Positions 41,092-53,700 of a stretch of DNA of 64,000 bases are shown here, piece by piece. Below the pieces are notes generated by a model. The model did no database searches, was not told the DNA's origin, and saw only the letters and a list, made by a program, of their open reading frames with translations. Position numbers and translations under genes: made by a program. The DNA comes from Vicinamibacteria bacterium (lineage in GTDB: Bacteria > Acidobacteriota > Vicinamibacteria > Marinacidobacterales > Marinacidobacteraceae): the NCBI GenBank assembly GCA_963668695.2, contig CAXXLQ010000004.1, forward strand, positions 640,001 through 704,000. Reading direction: 5' to 3'. Position 1 is the stretch's first letter. Each line of letters opens with the position of its first letter.

Positions 41092-41447
41092 TTGTCAATC
41101 ACTCCCTGGGAACGGACGCTCACCCGAACCTTGCGTCCATCGGTCAGACGGGTCCTCCCGATCCGGGTCGGGAGATTGGTCTCCGGATCCACGAGCATGA
41201 CGTTGCTGATCGCTATCGAGGCCTCTCGTTCGACGACACCACCCTTGATGTTCTGCCGCGGGTTTGCCTTCGTATGCCGCTTGATCATGTTGATGCCCTC
41301 AACGAGGACACGCCCTTTCTCCCGCAATACCCGGAGGATCCGGCCCCGCTTGCCCATGTCGCTCCCCGCCACGATCTGGACCAGATCCTTCTTGCGAACG
41401 TGCAAACGCCGCGGCGCGGGCACAGTGTTCTTGCGGGCCATCGTCAC
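41088..41447 (-). CDS. rplX: 50S ribosomal protein L24
   Basis: KOW motif, VEGIN, SNVML. Confidence 0.95.
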   Translation of the reverse strand: MTMARKNTVPAPRRLHVRKKDLVQIVAGSDMGKRGRILRVLREKGRVLVEGINMIKRHTKANPRQNIKGGVVEREASIAISNVMLVDPETNLPTRIGRTRLTDGRKVRVSVRSQGVIDK

Positions 41448-41812
41448 AAGACCTCCGGCGCCAGCGAAACAATCTTCATGAACTGGCGCTCGCGCAGTTC
41501 GCGGGCAACCGGGCCGAACACACGGGTTCCGGTGGGCTCGCGCTGCTCATTGATCAGTACCGCGGCGTTGTCTCCGAAGCGGATGTAAGAGCCATCGGCC
41601 CTGCGGTGCTCCTTGCGCGTCCTCACGATGACGGCCCTGACGACCGTGCCCTTCTTGACGGCACTGCCTGGAGCGGCTTCACGGACCGAGGCGGTGATGA
41701 CATCCCCGAGCCGGGCGATGCGACCCACCCCGCCGCCCAGGGGAAGAATGCAGGTCACCCGGCGAGCCCCCGAGTTGTCGGCGACCTGCAGCACCGACTG
41801 CATCTGAATCAT
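41444..41812 (-). CDS. rplN: 50S ribosomal protein L14
   Basis: [22 protein letters not shown]. Confidence 0.97.
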   Translation of the reverse strand: MIQMQSVLQVADNSGARRVTCILPLGGGVGRIARLGDVITASVREAAPGSAVKKGTVVRAVIVRTRKEHRRADGSYIRFGDNAAVLINEQREPTGTRVFGPVARELRERQFMKIVSLAPEVL

Positions 41813-42054
41813 GAGGCCCGCTCCAGAATCTTGAGCAACCGGAAGCGCTTCGTCCGAGACTGGGGGCGGCATTCCTCGATCTGAACGCGGTCTCCAATAC
41901 GGCCCTCGTTCTTCTCGTCGTGAACCGCAAAGCGGGTGGATTTCCGATACCGGCGCTTGTACAGACGGTGTTCCACCAGCCGCTCCACAAGCACCGTAAT
42001 GGTCTTTTCGGCGCCGCTCTTAACCACGGTTCCGGCCTTGATCAGTCTTGGCAT
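41809..42054 (-). CDS. rpsQ: 30S ribosomal protein S17
   Basis: KTITV, HDEKN, GDRVQI, SRTKRF. Confidence 0.95.
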   Translation of the reverse strand: MPRLIKAGTVVKSGAEKTITVLVERLVEHRLYKRRYRKSTRFAVHDEKNEGRIGDRVQIEECRPQSRTKRFRLLKILERAS

Positions 42055-42087
42055 AACGTTCTTTCCGTTCGCATTCTTCTGCGGCCC

Positions 42088-42318
42088 TCAGGAACCAGCA
42101 ACGCTGCTTCCCGGGGCATCGCCCCCGATTTGGAGTTCACGCTCCCTCATGATGGTTTGTAGGCGGGCGACCTCCCGCCGCAGCGTCTGCACCTTGTGCG
42201 TGTGCCCAAGCTGACCGGTGGCGGCTTCGAGTCGGGCATCGAAGAGTTGCCGAGTCACTTCTTGCTGCTTCCTCAGGAGTTCTTCGTGAGTCAACTCCCG
42301 AATCCGGGCGGGCTTCAC
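42088..42318 (-). CDS. rpmC: 50S ribosomal protein L29
   Basis: ATGQL, RREVAR; synteny. Confidence 0.92.
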   Translation of the reverse strand: MKPARIRELTHEELLRKQQEVTRQLFDARLEAATGQLGHTHKVQTLRREVARLQTIMRERELQIGGDAPGSSVAGS

Positions 42319-42737
42319 GATGCCTCCTCCTCAAAGCGACCGACGAACTGCGTTCGCACCGGAAGCTTGTGACTCGCCCGGCGCATCGCCTGAACGGCCT
42401 GCTCGCGGCTGACGCCTTCCATTTCGAAGAGAACCCGCCCCGGGCGCACCACGGCAACCCATCCTTCGGGGCCACCCTTTCCCTTCCCCATGCGGGTCTC
42501 CTGGGGCTTCTTCGTCACAGGCTTGTCCGGAAAGATCCGAATCCAGACTCGACCGGTCCGGCGGACGAACCGGGTGATGGCCACCCGCGCTGACTCGATT
42601 TGGCGATTCGTGATCCATCCCGGTTCCAGCGTCTTGAGACCGAAATCACCGAATGCCACGGTCTGGCCGGTCCAGGACTTGCCCCGCATGCGACCGCGCT
42701 GTTGTTTGCGGTACCGGGTCTTCTTCGGCATCAGCAT
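42315..42737 (-). CDS. rplP: 50S ribosomal protein L16
   Basis: MLMPKK, RMGKGKG. Confidence 0.97.
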   Translation of the reverse strand: MLMPKKTRYRKQQRGRMRGKSWTGQTVAFGDFGLKTLEPGWITNRQIESARVAITRFVRRTGRVWIRIFPDKPVTKKPQETRMGKGKGGPEGWVAVVRPGRVLFEMEGVSREQAVQAMRRASHKLPVRTQFVGRFEEEAS

Positions 42738-42761
42738 GACGTCTGTCCTCCCGGATCCTCT

Positions 42762-43466
42762 CTAGGCCCCGCGCGGCGCTGGCTCGTTAGAGCCAGAGGC
42801 TGCCGACTTCGCCGCAATCTCCGGACGCCCCGGCCGACTGACGACGTCGCTGACACCGCGATAAACCCAGCACTTCACGCCGATCTGGCCGTAGGTCGTA
42901 AAGGCCTCGGCGAACCCGTATTCAATGTCCGCCCGCAGCGTATGCAGCGGGAGTTGTCCTTCCAGATACCACTCCGCCCGGGCGATGTCGGCGCCGTTGA
43001 GCCGGCCGGCGCACCGAATCCGGACTCCCTTGGCTCCATTGCGCATGGTGTTCTCGATCGCTTTACGCATCGCCCGCCGAAAAGCGATCCGCTTCTCCAG
43101 CTGGAGGGCAATGGACTCGGCGACCAGTTGCGGGTCGAGCTCCGGCTTGATGACCTCCAGAGGACGAATGTGGACTTCCTTTCCGGTGCGCTTGCGCAGA
43201 TCCCGGGTGAGCTTTTCCACTTCGGTGCCCTTGCGGCCAATGATGATTCCGGGCCGGGAGGTGTGGATATAGATGTTGAGCTTGTTGCCCGGCCGCTCGA
43301 TCTCAACGCGTGAGATGCCCGCGTGGTAGAGGCGCTTCTTCAGAAAGCGACGCAGTTGCAGGTCTTCGTGCAGCGAGTCCCGGTAGGAACTATCCGCATA
43401 CCACCGAGAACGCCAGGTCTTGCTGTATCCAAGCCTGAAGCCGTGCGGGTGTACTTTTTGACCCAT
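42762..43466 (-). CDS. rpsC: 30S ribosomal protein S3
   Basis: [26 protein letters not shown]. Confidence 0.97.
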   Translation of the reverse strand: MGQKVHPHGFRLGYSKTWRSRWYADSSYRDSLHEDLQLRRFLKKRLYHAGISRVEIERPGNKLNIYIHTSRPGIIIGRKGTEVEKLTRDLRKRTGKEVHIRPLEVIKPELDPQLVAESIALQLEKRIAFRRAMRKAIENTMRNGAKGVRIRCAGRLNGADIARAEWYLEGQLPLHTLRADIEYGFAEAFTTYGQIGVKCWVYRGVSDVVSRPGRPEIAAKSAASGSNEPAPRGA

Positions 43467-43468
43467 TC

Positions 43469-43828
43469 CTATTCCTCTTCCACGGCAGTTACGCGGATCG
43501 TGTAGTGCGTGGTGCGCCGGCGAATGCGCCGGATACGGGCCCTCCGGCCGCCACGGGCGATCGACCGAGCCGGTCCCTGGTCGGCAAACGCTTCGGAGAC
43601 GATGAGCTGGTCCTCATCGATCCGCTTTGCTTCCCCAAGGGCCTTGGTCTGGGCATTCGCGATCGCGGATCGCAACACCTTCTCGATGATGGGAGCCGGC
43701 GCGCGATTCGTGTTCTGCAGCAGAGAAATGGCGTCCGCGGCAGGCTTGTCGCGAATGAGGTCCAGAACCAACCGCGCCTTCTGAGCAGATCCAGGGACCG
43801 CCGTCGCACGAGCAACTGCTTCGATCAC
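43469..43828 (-). CDS. rplV: 50S ribosomal protein L22
   Basis: [23 protein letters not shown]. Confidence 0.93.
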   Translation of the reverse strand: MIEAVARATAVPGSAQKARLVLDLIRDKPAADAISLLQNTNRAPAPIIEKVLRSAIANAQTKALGEAKRIDEDQLIVSEAFADQGPARSIARGGRRARIRRIRRRTTHYTIRVTAVEEE

Positions 43829-43871
43829 GGTGTCACCCCCGGCCCTGGAAAGCGCACCCGCGTCCGCGGCC

Positions 43872-44156
43872 TCATCGGCGGCCTCTCGACTTCTCGGTCT
43901 TCACCTTGTGACCCTTGAAGGTCCTCGTCGGGGAAAACTCACCGAGCTTGTGCCCCACCATGGTGTCCGTCACATAGACCGGAATGAACTTGCGGCCATT
44001 GTGAACGGCAAAGGTCAAACCGACCATTTGCGGAACGATCGTGGAGCGCCGTGACCAGGTCTTGATAATCGTCTGCCGACGCGCGACGTGCGCATCTTCG
44101 ACCTTACGGATAAGGCTCTCTTCAATGTAGGGGCCCTTCTGAATTGAACGCGGCAT
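43872..44156 (-). CDS. rpsS: 30S ribosomal protein S19
   Basis: [20 protein letters not shown]. Confidence 0.97.
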   Translation of the reverse strand: MPRSIQKGPYIEESLIRKVEDAHVARRQTIIKTWSRRSTIVPQMVGLTFAVHNGRKFIPVYVTDTMVGHKLGEFSPTRTFKGHKVKTEKSRGRR

Positions 44157-44177
44157 GTGCTTCTACCCTTTCCGCTT

Positions 44178-45011
44178 CTACCTTCTCCGCTGGCGGCGGG
44201 AACGGACAATCATCGAGTCCGTTCGCTTGTTGTTGCGGGTCTTGTGCCCCTTGGTGGGAACACCCCAAGGACTCACGGGATGACGTCCCCCGGAACTCTT
44301 GCCCTCACCGCCTCCGTGAGGATGATCCACCGGGTTCATCGAGACTCCCCGGTTGTGTGGTCGCCGGCCAAGCCAGCGCTTCCGGCCGGCCTTCCCCAGC
44401 TTCACATTCTCGTGATCCACGTTGGACACCTGACCGATCGTGGCGTGACACTCACGCAGGACCCGGCGGACCTCGCCGGAAGGAAGGCGCACTTGTGCGT
44501 AAAGGCCCTCTTTGGCGACCAACTGCACGAACGCGCCGGCGCTACGGGCCATCTTGCCCCCACCGCCCGGTCGGAGTTCAACGTTGTGGATCGTGGCACC
44601 CAAGGGAATCCGCTCGATACGCAGCATGTTGCCCGGCATGATTTCGGCGCTGTCGCTTGCGACTACCAGATCGCCCAACTGCATTCCCACAGCGTGGAGG
44701 ATGTAACGCTTGTCTCCGTCCAGATAGTGGAGAAGCGCGATTCGGGCCGAGCGATTCGGGTCGTACTCGATGGATGCCACTCGCCCGGGAACTTCGGGCT
44801 TCGCGCGGCGAAAATCGATTTCGCGGTGGCGACGCTTGTGACCGCCTCCGCGGAATCGCATCGTAATCCGCCCGGCGCTGTTCCGGCCTCCACTCTGACT
44901 CTTGCCGCGGGTCAGCCGCTTCTCCGGTGTCGTGGTGGTGAGTTCTTCGAAAGTCTGGACGGTGTGGAACCGCCGCCCGGGAGAGGTCGGTCGGGACTTC
45001 TTGATGGCCAT
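44178..45011 (-). CDS. rplB: 50S ribosomal protein L2
   Basis: [21 protein letters not shown]. Confidence 0.97.
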   Translation of the reverse strand: MAIKKSRPTSPGRRFHTVQTFEELTTTTPEKRLTRGKSQSGGRNSAGRITMRFRGGGHKRRHREIDFRRAKPEVPGRVASIEYDPNRSARIALLHYLDGDKRYILHAVGMQLGDLVVASDSAEIMPGNMLRIERIPLGATIHNVELRPGGGGKMARSAGAFVQLVAKEGLYAQVRLPSGEVRRVLRECHATIGQVSNVDHENVKLGKAGRKRWLGRRPHNRGVSMNPVDHPHGGGEGKSSGGRHPVSPWGVPTKGHKTRNNKRTDSMIVRSRRQRRR

Positions 45012-45015
45012 CGCG

Positions 45016-45306
45016 CTAGACGCCCTTGAAGATCTCGATGGAATGACCCTGTTCAAGGGTCACGAACGCCTTTTTCCAATTCGGGCGCCGACCGACGAAA
45101 CGGCCCCATCGCTTGTTCTTGCCGATGAAGTTGGCAGTGCGCACATCCTTCACTTCCACCTCGAAGAGAAGCTGGACAGCGTGACGGATCTGAGCCTTGT
45201 TGGCCCTCCGGTCCACCCGAAAACAGACGACGTTCTGGGTCTCACGAAGACGCTCCGCCTTTTCGGTGGTCAGCGGTTCGAGGATCACGCGGTCGGCTTC
45301 CATCAT
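45016..45306 (-). CDS. rplW: 50S ribosomal protein L23
   Basis: [21 protein letters not shown]. Confidence 0.95.
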   Translation of the reverse strand: MMEADRVILEPLTTEKAERLRETQNVVCFRVDRRANKAQIRHAVQLLFEVEVKDVRTANFIGKNKRWGRFVGRRPNWKKAFVTLEQGHSIEIFKGV

Positions 45307-46016
45307 CGGCTCCCTGTTTCGGACAGCTTCGCGGAAAGCGCGGCAAGCGCTGAACCCCTGATGAGCACGGTCTTCGCCTTGAGCACCTCGTAACAGTGGA
45401 GGGCGTTCACGGAAACAACCTCGACTGACTGCAGGTTCCTCGTCGACAGGTACAGGTCGTCCGAAGGCGCCGTCTCCACGATGAGCACGCGCGCTTTCTT
45501 CGAATTCCACCCCGAATCCCACTCGCCCAGGTGCCGAAGCACCGCTCGCGTAGAGGGACCCGCGAGGCCGAAGTCCTCGAAGATGTGCACCCGGCCTTCA
45601 CTGGCGCAAAGCGACAGAGCCGACCGAAGCGCGCCACGCTGCATGCGCCCCGGAAGGCGATAGCTGTAGTCCCGCGGCTGCGGTCCGAAGACGATCCCGC
45701 CGCCACGCCACAGCGGATTACGAGTGCTTCCAACCCGTGCGTTCCCGGTGCCCTTTTGTCGCCACGGTTTGCGGCCCCCGCCGGCGACGAGCCCGCGGGT
45801 CCGCGTTGCGTGGGTTCCGGCGCGCCGCCCGGCCATGTATTGACGCACGGCGTCGTAGTGGAGCCCTTGCTTCACCGGCGCGGCGAAAACGGCGGAGTCC
45901 AGCTCCACCTCGCTGCCTTCGGAACCACGGACAACCACGGGCGCGACACGCTGGCCCGAACCTTCGGACTCAGGTGCGCCCTCCGTCGGAAACGCCTTTT
46001 CCTCTGCCACGGTCAC
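45303..46016 (-). CDS. rplD: 50S ribosomal protein L4
   Basis: [15 protein letters not shown]; start approximate. Confidence 0.93.
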   Translation of the reverse strand: MTVAEEKAFPTEGAPESEGSGQRVAPVVVRGSEGSEVELDSAVFAAPVKQGLHYDAVRQYMAGRRAGTHATRTRGLVAGGGRKPWRQKGTGNARVGSTRNPLWRGGGIVFGPQPRDYSYRLPGRMQRGALRSALSLCASEGRVHIFEDFGLAGPSTRAVLRHLGEWDSGWNSKKARVLIVETAPSDDLYLSTRNLQSVEVVSVNALHCYEVLKAKTVLIRGSALAALSAKLSETGSR

Positions 46017-46042
46017 TTTCGTTATTCCTGTTGCGTCCCTGG

Positions 46043-46675
46043 TCAGAACTTGCGAATTTCGACGGTCCCGCCGCGGGGACCCGGAACGGCGCCTCGAACT
46101 GCGACCAGGTTTTCTCGGGCATCGACCCGAACGATCCGAAGGTTGCGAACTGTCACCCGGTCCCGACCAAGCTGACCGGGAAGCCGGGTGCCCGGAAGTA
46201 CCCGGGAGGGGGTTGCACACATCCCGATGGCCCCCGGCGCCCGGTGGAACTTGGAACCGTGGGATTTCGGTCCACCATGGAAACCGTGGCGTTTCATGAC
46301 TCCGGCAAAGCCTTTGCCCTTGCTGACACCCGTGATCCGGACCAGATCGTTCGGCGAGAACACCTCGGCGCCGAGCCGGGAGCCGACCTGCAGATCCTCA
46401 CCCGAATCCGCCTGAAACTCTCGTAGTACCGACGCGGACGGCGCTCCGGCCGCTTCCAGCCGGGCCGCGAGAGCGCGGTTTCGACTCGGGCGGCTCCCCG
46501 GGCCCCTCAACCGCTCCAGCCCGACCTGCACCGCCTCGTACCCGTCCGCCGTAGCGGTCTTTTTCTGTACGACAACGCATGGTCCTATCCGAATCAGGGT
46601 GACGGGAATCACACGGCCGTCTTCTCCAAAATGCTGGGTCATCCCCAGCTTCGTCCCCAGTAGCCCCTTCATCAT
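46043..46675 (-). CDS. rplC: 50S ribosomal protein L3
   Basis: KLGMT, SKGKGFAG, GAVPG. Confidence 0.97.
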   Translation of the reverse strand: MMKGLLGTKLGMTQHFGEDGRVIPVTLIRIGPCVVVQKKTATADGYEAVQVGLERLRGPGSRPSRNRALAARLEAAGAPSASVLREFQADSGEDLQVGSRLGAEVFSPNDLVRITGVSKGKGFAGVMKRHGFHGGPKSHGSKFHRAPGAIGMCATPSRVLPGTRLPGQLGRDRVTVRNLRIVRVDARENLVAVRGAVPGPRGGTVEIRKF

Positions 46676-46714
46676 TCTTTCCTCTACGTATCCCCGACTT
46701 TTGTTTCCCGTTCC

Positions 46715-47047
46715 CTACTTGGCCTGCGGCTCGTCCGCAATCATCGCCTTGATCTCGACATGCACGCCCGCTGGAAGATCGAGACGGGACAACGCATCCA
46801 CCGTGGTCGGCGTGGATCCCAGAATGTCCAGAAGCCGCTTGTGCGTGCGGAGTTCAAACTGCTCCCGGGACTTCTTGTCCACGTGCGGGGAGCGGAGCAC
46901 CGTGTAGCGGTTCTTCACCGTCGGCAACGGAATCGGACCGGCCACCGTGGCGCCGGTCCTCTTCGCGGTCTCCACGATCTCACTCGTGGATTGATCCAGC
47001 AGACGGTGATCGAACGCCTTCAGTCGGATACGGATTTTTTCGTTCAT
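46715..47047 (-). CDS. rpsJ: 30S ribosomal protein S10
   Basis: [23 protein letters not shown]. Confidence 0.97.
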   Translation of the reverse strand: MNEKIRIRLKAFDHRLLDQSTSEIVETAKRTGATVAGPIPLPTVKNRYTVLRSPHVDKKSREQFELRTHKRLLDILGSTPTTVDALSRLDLPAGVHVEIKAMIADEPQAK

Positions 47048-47090
47048 CGGTTGAAACCCTTGTCCTCGTCAGGCGTCCTCATGCGGTTTG

Positions 47091-49163
47091 TCAGGCGCTC
47101 GCCATGACTTCCGCCATGACGCTCTCCGGGGCTTCCTCATAGGATCCGAAGTGCATCGTGTACGTTGCGCGCCCCTGTGTAGCCGAACGAATGTCCGTCG
47201 CGTAACCGAACATCCCGGCAAGCGGCACCCTAGCCTCGACCACCTGAGCGTTCCCCCGCATCGAGAGACCGCTGATGCGGGCACGCCGCGAATTCAGGTC
47301 ACCCATCACCTCTCCGGTGAAGGCGTCCGGAGTCACGACCTCCACCTTCATCACCGGTTCGAGGATCACGGGGGAGCAGCGGCGCAGCGCCTCCTTGACG
47401 GCCATGGATCCGGCGATTCGGAAGGCAATCTCGGAGCTGTCCACGGTGTGGAAGGTGCCGTCATACAAGCGCACCGTCACGCCGGTCACCGGATAGCCGG
47501 CAAGCGGCCCTGCCGCCAAGGCGTCGCGCGCTCCCTCTTCCACCGCCGGAATGTACTCCCGCGGTATCGAACCGCGGGCGATGTCATTGATGAACTCGAA
47601 CGACTCGACGGGATTCGGAAACACCTCGATCTTCACGTGACCGTACTGACCCCGGCCGCCTGTCTGCCGGACATACCGCCCTTCGGACTTCCTCGTGGTC
47701 CGGATGGTTTCTCGATACGCCACCCGGGGTTGACCCACGACCGCACCCACCTGAAACTCGCGAAGCAACCGATCCACGATGACCTCCAGGTGCAGTTCCC
47801 CCATGCCGCTGATGAGGGTCTGCGCCGTTTCGGCGTCCGTCGTCACCCGGAAGGTGGGGTCTTCGTGCGTCAGTTTCCCGAGAGCGCCGGCGAGCTTTTC
47901 CTGATCGGCCTTCGTTGCCGGCTCGATGACCCGGGAAATGACCGGCTCAGGGAACTCCATCGCTTCGAGAACGACGGGGGCCTTGGGAGCGCAAATCGTG
48001 TCCCCGGTTCTCGCGTTTCTGAGACCGACCACGGCCGCGATATCCCCCGCATAGACCTCGCGAATTTCCTCGCGCTTGTTGGCGTGGATCTTGAGGAGCC
48101 GGCCTACGCGCGACCGGACCGAACGGGTGGAGTTGAGCATCATGTCACCCGTCCTGAGCACCCCCGAATAGACCCGGAAGAACGAGAGCTGGCCGACGAA
48201 CGGGTCCGCCATGACCTTGAAGACGAGCGCGGCAAACGGCGCGTCGTCTCTCGCGTCCCGAACGGTTGGGGTGGGGTCCGTGACGGAGGCGATGCCGGTG
48301 ATCGACGGGACATCGGTAGGGGCGGGAAGATAGGAGATGACGGCATCCAGCAGAGGCTGCACGCCCTTGTTGCGGAAGGCCGACCCGCACAGGACCGGAA
48401 CGAGTTGAAGGGTGACGGTCGAACGGCGAAGCGCGGCTTCGCACTCCTCAGCAGTCAGGTCGCCGTTCTGATCCCAGGCCTCAAGCGCCTCCAGATCGCA
48501 TTCACAGATCTTTTCGATCAGCGCTTCCCGAGCCAAACGCGCTTCCTCCTCGCGCTCCGGAGCGATTTCGGTTTCCTCGTACCGGGCACCGAGAACATCC
48601 CCGTGATAGCGAAACTCCCTCATCCGAACGAGGTCCATCACTCCTCCGAAGGTGTCTTCCGCTCCGATCGGGAGCTGAATCGCTCCGGCCCGGGCCCCGA
48701 GGCGGTCCTCGATCATGGCCACGACCCGCTTGAAGTCGGCTCCCGCCCGATCCATCTTGTTCACGAAGGCGATGCGAGGCACGCCGTACTTGTCGGCCTG
48801 CCGCCAGACCGCCTCCGACTGCGGCTCTACCCCGGCGACTGCGCAAAACACCGCCACCGCGCCATCGAGGACGCGGAGGGATCGCTCCACCTCGGCAGTG
48901 AAGTCCACGTGTCCCGGCGTATCGATGATGTTGACTCGATGGCCCTTCCAAAAACAGGTCGTGGCGGCCGACGTGATCGTGATGCCGCGCTCCTGCTCCT
49001 GCTCCATCCAATCCATCGTCGCGGTTCCTTCATGCACCTCACCGAGCTTGTAGGTAACGCCCGTGTAGTAGAGGATCCGTTCGGTAGTAGTCGTCTTCCC
49101 CGCGTCAATGTGCGCCATGATCCCGATGTTGCGGGTATCGGCGAGAGCGACTTTGCGGGGCAT
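47091..49163 (-). CDS. fusA: Elongation factor G
   Basis: [23 protein letters not shown]. Confidence 0.98.
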   Translation of the reverse strand: MPRKVALADTRNIGIMAHIDAGKTTTTERILYYTGVTYKLGEVHEGTATMDWMEQEQERGITITSAATTCFWKGHRVNIIDTPGHVDFTAEVERSLRVLDGAVAVFCAVAGVEPQSEAVWRQADKYGVPRIAFVNKMDRAGADFKRVVAMIEDRLGARAGAIQLPIGAEDTFGGVMDLVRMREFRYHGDVLGARYEETEIAPEREEEARLAREALIEKICECDLEALEAWDQNGDLTAEECEAALRRSTVTLQLVPVLCGSAFRNKGVQPLLDAVISYLPAPTDVPSITGIASVTDPTPTVRDARDDAPFAALVFKVMADPFVGQLSFFRVYSGVLRTGDMMLNSTRSVRSRVGRLLKIHANKREEIREVYAGDIAAVVGLRNARTGDTICAPKAPVVLEAMEFPEPVISRVIEPATKADQEKLAGALGKLTHEDPTFRVTTDAETAQTLISGMGELHLEVIVDRLLREFQVGAVVGQPRVAYRETIRTTRKSEGRYVRQTGGRGQYGHVKIEVFPNPVESFEFINDIARGSIPREYIPAVEEGARDALAAGPLAGYPVTGVTVRLYDGTFHTVDSSEIAFRIAGSMAVKEALRRCSPVILEPVMKVEVVTPDAFTGEVMGDLNSRRARISGLSMRGNAQVVEARVPLAGMFGYATDIRSATQGRATYTMHFGSYEEAPESVMAEVMASA

Positions 49164-49225
49164 GAGAACTAAAGGGCGGAGTGTGGAATACGTCGGTTGA
49201 CAGTGTGATTACCAGCGGTGGGTGA

Positions 49226-49696
49226 CTACCAGCGGTGGTGTGCGAATGCCTTGTTGGCTTCCGCCATCTTGTGGGTGTCTTCGCGCTTCTTGATGGCGCC
49301 ACCCCGATTCTGGGAAGCATCGAGCAACTCACCGGCGAGTTTTTCCGCCATCGTTTTCTCGGGACGCCTCCGCGCATATCCGACGATCCAGCGCAGGGAC
49401 AACGTAGTCCGCCGCTCGGGACGGACTTCGTAGGGAACCTGGACATTGGCGCCTCCCTTGCGGCGACTCTTCACCTCAAGGGTCGGCTTGACGTTCTGGA
49501 CAGCCTCGCGGAAGGTGGTCAGCGGCTCACCGTTCGTCTTGTCGCGGATCCGGTCGAAAGCGCCGTACACGATCGATTCCGCAGTGGACTTCTTCCCGTC
49601 CAGCATCACCTTGTTGATGAAGGATGAGACGAGAACGCTCTGGTAGCGGGCATCCGGCGCGGGTTGCCGCTTCGGCACATCACGGCGTCTGGACAT
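49226..49696 (-). CDS. rpsG: 30S ribosomal protein S7
   Basis: [17 protein letters not shown]. Confidence 0.97.
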   Translation of the reverse strand: MSRRRDVPKRQPAPDARYQSVLVSSFINKVMLDGKKSTAESIVYGAFDRIRDKTNGEPLTTFREAVQNVKPTLEVKSRRKGGANVQVPYEVRPERRTTLSLRWIVGYARRRPEKTMAEKLAGELLDASQNRGGAIKKREDTHKMAEANKAFAHHRW

Positions 49697-49744
49697 CGTC
49701 TCTTGCTCCGAATTCGTCTCTGTTGTAGAGCCTGGCTCCGTACG

Positions 49745-50119
49745 TCAGCTCTTTGGCTTCTTGGTTCCGTACTTGGACCGGCCGTTCTTTCGCCCGTCCA
49801 CCCCACCGGCATCGAGGGCCCCCCGGATTACGTGGTACCGCACACCCGGGAGGTCCTTGACCCGGCCACCGCGTAGAAGCACGATGGAGTGCTCCTGCAG
49901 GGAGTGACCAACGCCAGGGATGTAGGTCGTGACCTCGATCCCGTTGGTAAGCCGCACTCGAGCGACCTTTCTCAGGGCCGAGTTCGGCTTCTTGGGATTG
50001 ATGGTGAAGACCCGAACACACACTCCCCGCCGCTGCGGACACCGCTGAAGCGCGGGGGAATCGGTGGACGGAGCCATCCGTTTCCGTCCGTGGCGGACAA
50101 GCTGATGAATCGTGGGCAT
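49745..50119 (-). CDS. rpsL: 30S ribosomal protein S12
   Basis: [18 protein letters not shown]. Confidence 0.98.
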   Translation of the reverse strand: MPTIHQLVRHGRKRMAPSTDSPALQRCPQRRGVCVRVFTINPKKPNSALRKVARVRLTNGIEVTTYIPGVGHSLQEHSIVLLRGGRVKDLPGVRYHVIRGALDAGGVDGRKNGRSKYGTKKPKS

Positions 50120-50295
50120 GGGGAATTGGATCCGGATTTCAAGAATGCTGGCCCCCCGCAGGGGAAGGGAACTAGGACGTGCACCGCCCACCCGTCAGGG
50201 CTCGAAAATGAACGATCGGCGGCTGTCTCCCGAGGGGAAACGCTGACGTCCGCGACGCTCGAAGGAATGCGTTTTGGGCGCGGAGCGGACGGAGG

Positions 50296-50325
50296 ATTTT
50301 ACGCGCTGGAACGGACTCCTGTCAA
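50296..50325 (-). promoter_or_regulatory. Sigma70-type promoter for the rpsL operon
   Basis: TTGACA-N18-TAAAAT on the minus strand, about 180 nt upstream of rpsL. Confidence 0.7.
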
Positions 50326-50479
50326 ATCATGGAAACGCGCAGTAGCCGCCGCTATGGGTGCCCGAACAGCCCGCCGGGAACGGATCGGAAGACGGGCTCC
50401 GGGCCGAATGCGCCACCCGCCGGAATTGCCGCCGAGGCCGGTCCCCAGTGGGTTTTCCTGGCGGCGGCCGGAACCCGGA

Positions 50480-50706
50480 TAGCAGCCTGTGGACAAAGTG
50501 GCGTGAGCGCCGAGAGCGGCCAGTTCTCCCGGTGGGGGCGAGGCGCCCGGCTGACAAGGCGCGCGACGGAGGAATACCCAGTGTATTTCGACCGAAGCGC
50601 CAAGCACCGCGGAGACCCCGGAGCGAGAGGGATGGGGGACGGGAACACCCGGCCCCGGTCCCTCTTGAGCCGGGAGTGCCGCGGGACTTTGTCCACCGGC
50701 TGCTAA
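50480..50706. mobile_element. MITE-like element (family A) on the rpoC stop codon
   Basis: TAG-CAGCCTGTGGACAAAG...CTTTGTCCACCGGCTG-CTAA; one 18-nt module; atypical GC-rich hairpin segment inside. Confidence 0.8.
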
Positions 50707-53700
50707 TGCACTTCTTCGGCCAGTTCGGCCGCCTGGTTGGCGTCTCGCTGAAGCATGGCCTGGCGATGCGCGTCGATCTCCTCCGGCAGTACGAAACGCC
50801 GATGCTCCGCGAGCCCGGTGCCCGCAGGAATCAGCCGACCCATGATCACGTTTTCCTTGAGCCCGCGGAGGTAGTCCACCTTGCCCATGAGCGACGCCTC
50901 CGTGAGGACCTTGGTGGTCTCCTGGAACGATGCGGCGGAGATGAAGCTGTCGGTCGCGAGCGACGCCTTGGTGAGGCCGAGCAGCGTCGGTTCTCCCTGA
51001 GCCGGCTGCCCCTCTTCCGCCAGAGCTTTCCGGTTCGCCTGGGCGAACTCATACCGATCCACCGTCGAATCAACGATCAGATCCGTGTCTCCGACGTCAG
51101 TAACCCGTACCCAGCGCATCATCCGGCTGATGATCACCTCGATGTGCTTGTCGTCGATCACGACACCCTGCAACCGGTAGACCTCCTGGATCTCGTGGAC
51201 CAGATAGCGTTGAAGCTCCCCTTCACCCAGAACCCGAAGAATGTCGTGCGGATTCCGCGGCCCGTCCATGAGCGGATCGCCGGCCCGCACTTCCTCATTC
51301 TCCCGAACGCTGATGTGGACTCCTCGTGGCACCTCGTATTCCCGAACATCGTCGGTAACCTGCGAGGTCACGGTGATCACCCGCTTCCCCTTGCGAACAT
51401 CGCCGTAATGCAACCGGCCATCGATCTCGCTGATGAGAGCGGGCGCCTTGGGCGCCCGAGCTTCGAAAAGCTCCACGACGCGCGGCAGGCCTCCGGTGAT
51501 GTCCTTTGTCTTGGTGGTCTCCCTCGGGATCTTGGCGAGAACGTCGCCCGGGCGAACGGCGTCGCCCTCCTTGACCTCAAGGTGGGCACGCGAAGGCATG
51601 AGGTAGGTCCGGGGATCTTCCCCCGCAGCACCATGGACCTCGATGCGCGGCTCGAGGCGGTCGTCCTGTGACTCGATGATCACCGGCTGCGACCGGAAGG
51701 TGACGTTGTCCACCTCCTGAATCATCGTCACGTCCGCGACGATGTCGCGGAAATGAACTGCCCCCTCTTGCTCGGCGAGAATCGAGAAGCTGTACGGATC
51801 CCATTCGACGATCACCTGGCCGGAGCTGACGGAGCTGCCGGGCGCCACCTTGATGCGGGCACCGTAGACCACCGGGTGGCTTTCGAGAACACGGCCGTCG
51901 CCGTCTCCCACTTCCACGGTACCGGCGCGGTTGATGACCACCCGATTGCCGTGCCGATCCGATACGGTCCGCAGATTCTCCGAGAACTGCAGGACGCCGT
52001 CGTGGTGCGCCTCAAGGGCGGAATTCTCGAAGACGCTCGCCGTCCCGCCGATGTGGAACGTCCGCATGGTCAGTTGCGTTCCGGGTTCTCCGATGGATTG
52101 CGCGGCGATGATGCCTACCGCCTGCCCAAGATCGACCAGCCGGCCGGTCGCGAGGTTGCGCCCATAGCACATGGCGCAGACGCCTCGCCGTGCATCACAG
52201 GTGAGGACCGACCGAATCTTGACGCGGGCCACGCCCGAGCCTTCGATCGCGGTTGCGATGTCCTCCGAGATCTCCTCACCAGCGTCCACGATGCGGTCCC
52301 CACGGAAATCTTTCACCGCTTCAAGGCTGACCCGCCCCACGATCCGGTCCCGGAGCGGCTCGATGACCTCTCCCGCCTCGATGATCGGCTCGGCGTAGAT
52401 ACCCCGGAGCGTCCCACAATCGCGCAGGGTGACGATGACGTCCTGAGCCACGTCGGCAAGCCTGCGTGTGAGGTAACCGGCGTCCGCGGTCCGGAGCGCC
52501 GTATCCGCGAGTCCTTTCCGTGCTCCGTTGGTCGAGATGAAGTACTGGATGACGCTGAGCCCCTCACGGAAGTTGCTGGTGATCGGCGTCTCGATGATTT
52601 CTCCCGACGTCTTGGCCATCAGTCCGCGCATCCCGGCGAGCTGCCGGATCTGCTTTTCGCTGCCGCGGGCGCCGGAGTCCACCATCATGAACACCGGACT
52701 GAACTGTCCGGTCTCCCGCTCCCGGGCCTGCATGGTCTTCATCATGTCCTCGGCCACCTTGTTTGTGGCATTCGACCAGACATCGATGACCTTGTTGTAT
52801 CGCTCTCCCTGCGTGATCGCGCCCTGCTGGTACTGCTCGTCGACCCGGCCCACCTCCTCCTTGGCCTCCTCGACCAGGCGCGCCTTGTTCGGCGGAACCA
52901 CGAGATCACCGAGTCCTATGGACGTTCCGCTCCGCGTCGCGTACTCGAAGCCAACATCCTTCAGGGCATCGAGGACGTCCGCAGTGCCTTCGAGGCCGTA
53001 CTGCTTGTAGACGAGACGAACCAGGCTCTGAACGCCCTTCTTCTTCAGCACCCCGTTCACAAACGGCAGATCTGCGGGAAGGCGGTCGTTCAGGATCACC
53101 CTTCCTACGGTCGTTTCGATCCGCTTCCCGTCAACGCTGGCAACCTTCACCCGGCGCAAGTCCTGACTGTCATGCGTTTCGAGGATTTCTCCAGTGAACC
53201 GCAGCTGGATCGGCGTCAGCGTAGAAACCTGGTCAAACTCGTGAGCGATCAGCACTTCCTCGGCCGAGGCGAAGCTCTGCTTCACCTCCGGCGGAACGAC
53301 CTGCGGCTTCGTCAGGTAGTAGATGCCGAGAACCATGTCCTGAGTGGGAACAGCCAGCGGCCCGCCATGTGCCGGCGAAAGAATGTTCCGGGAGGATCGC
53401 ATCAGCAACGCCGCTTCCACCTGCGCCTCCGGACTCAGAGGAACGTGGACTGCCATCTGGTCGCCATCGAAATCGGCGTTGAAGGCACTGCAGACCAACG
53501 GATGAATGCGGAGCGCCTTCCCCTCGACCAGGACCGGCTCAAAGGCCTGGATCCCAAGCCGGTGGAGAGTCGGAGCACGATTCAGCAGCACGGAATGCTC
53601 GCTGATGACCTCTTCGAGATAGTCCCAGACCTCGGGGCGCTGCTCCTCCACAAGCTCGCGTGCCTGCTTGATCGTCGCCGCGAGGCCCTCATGCTCCAAC

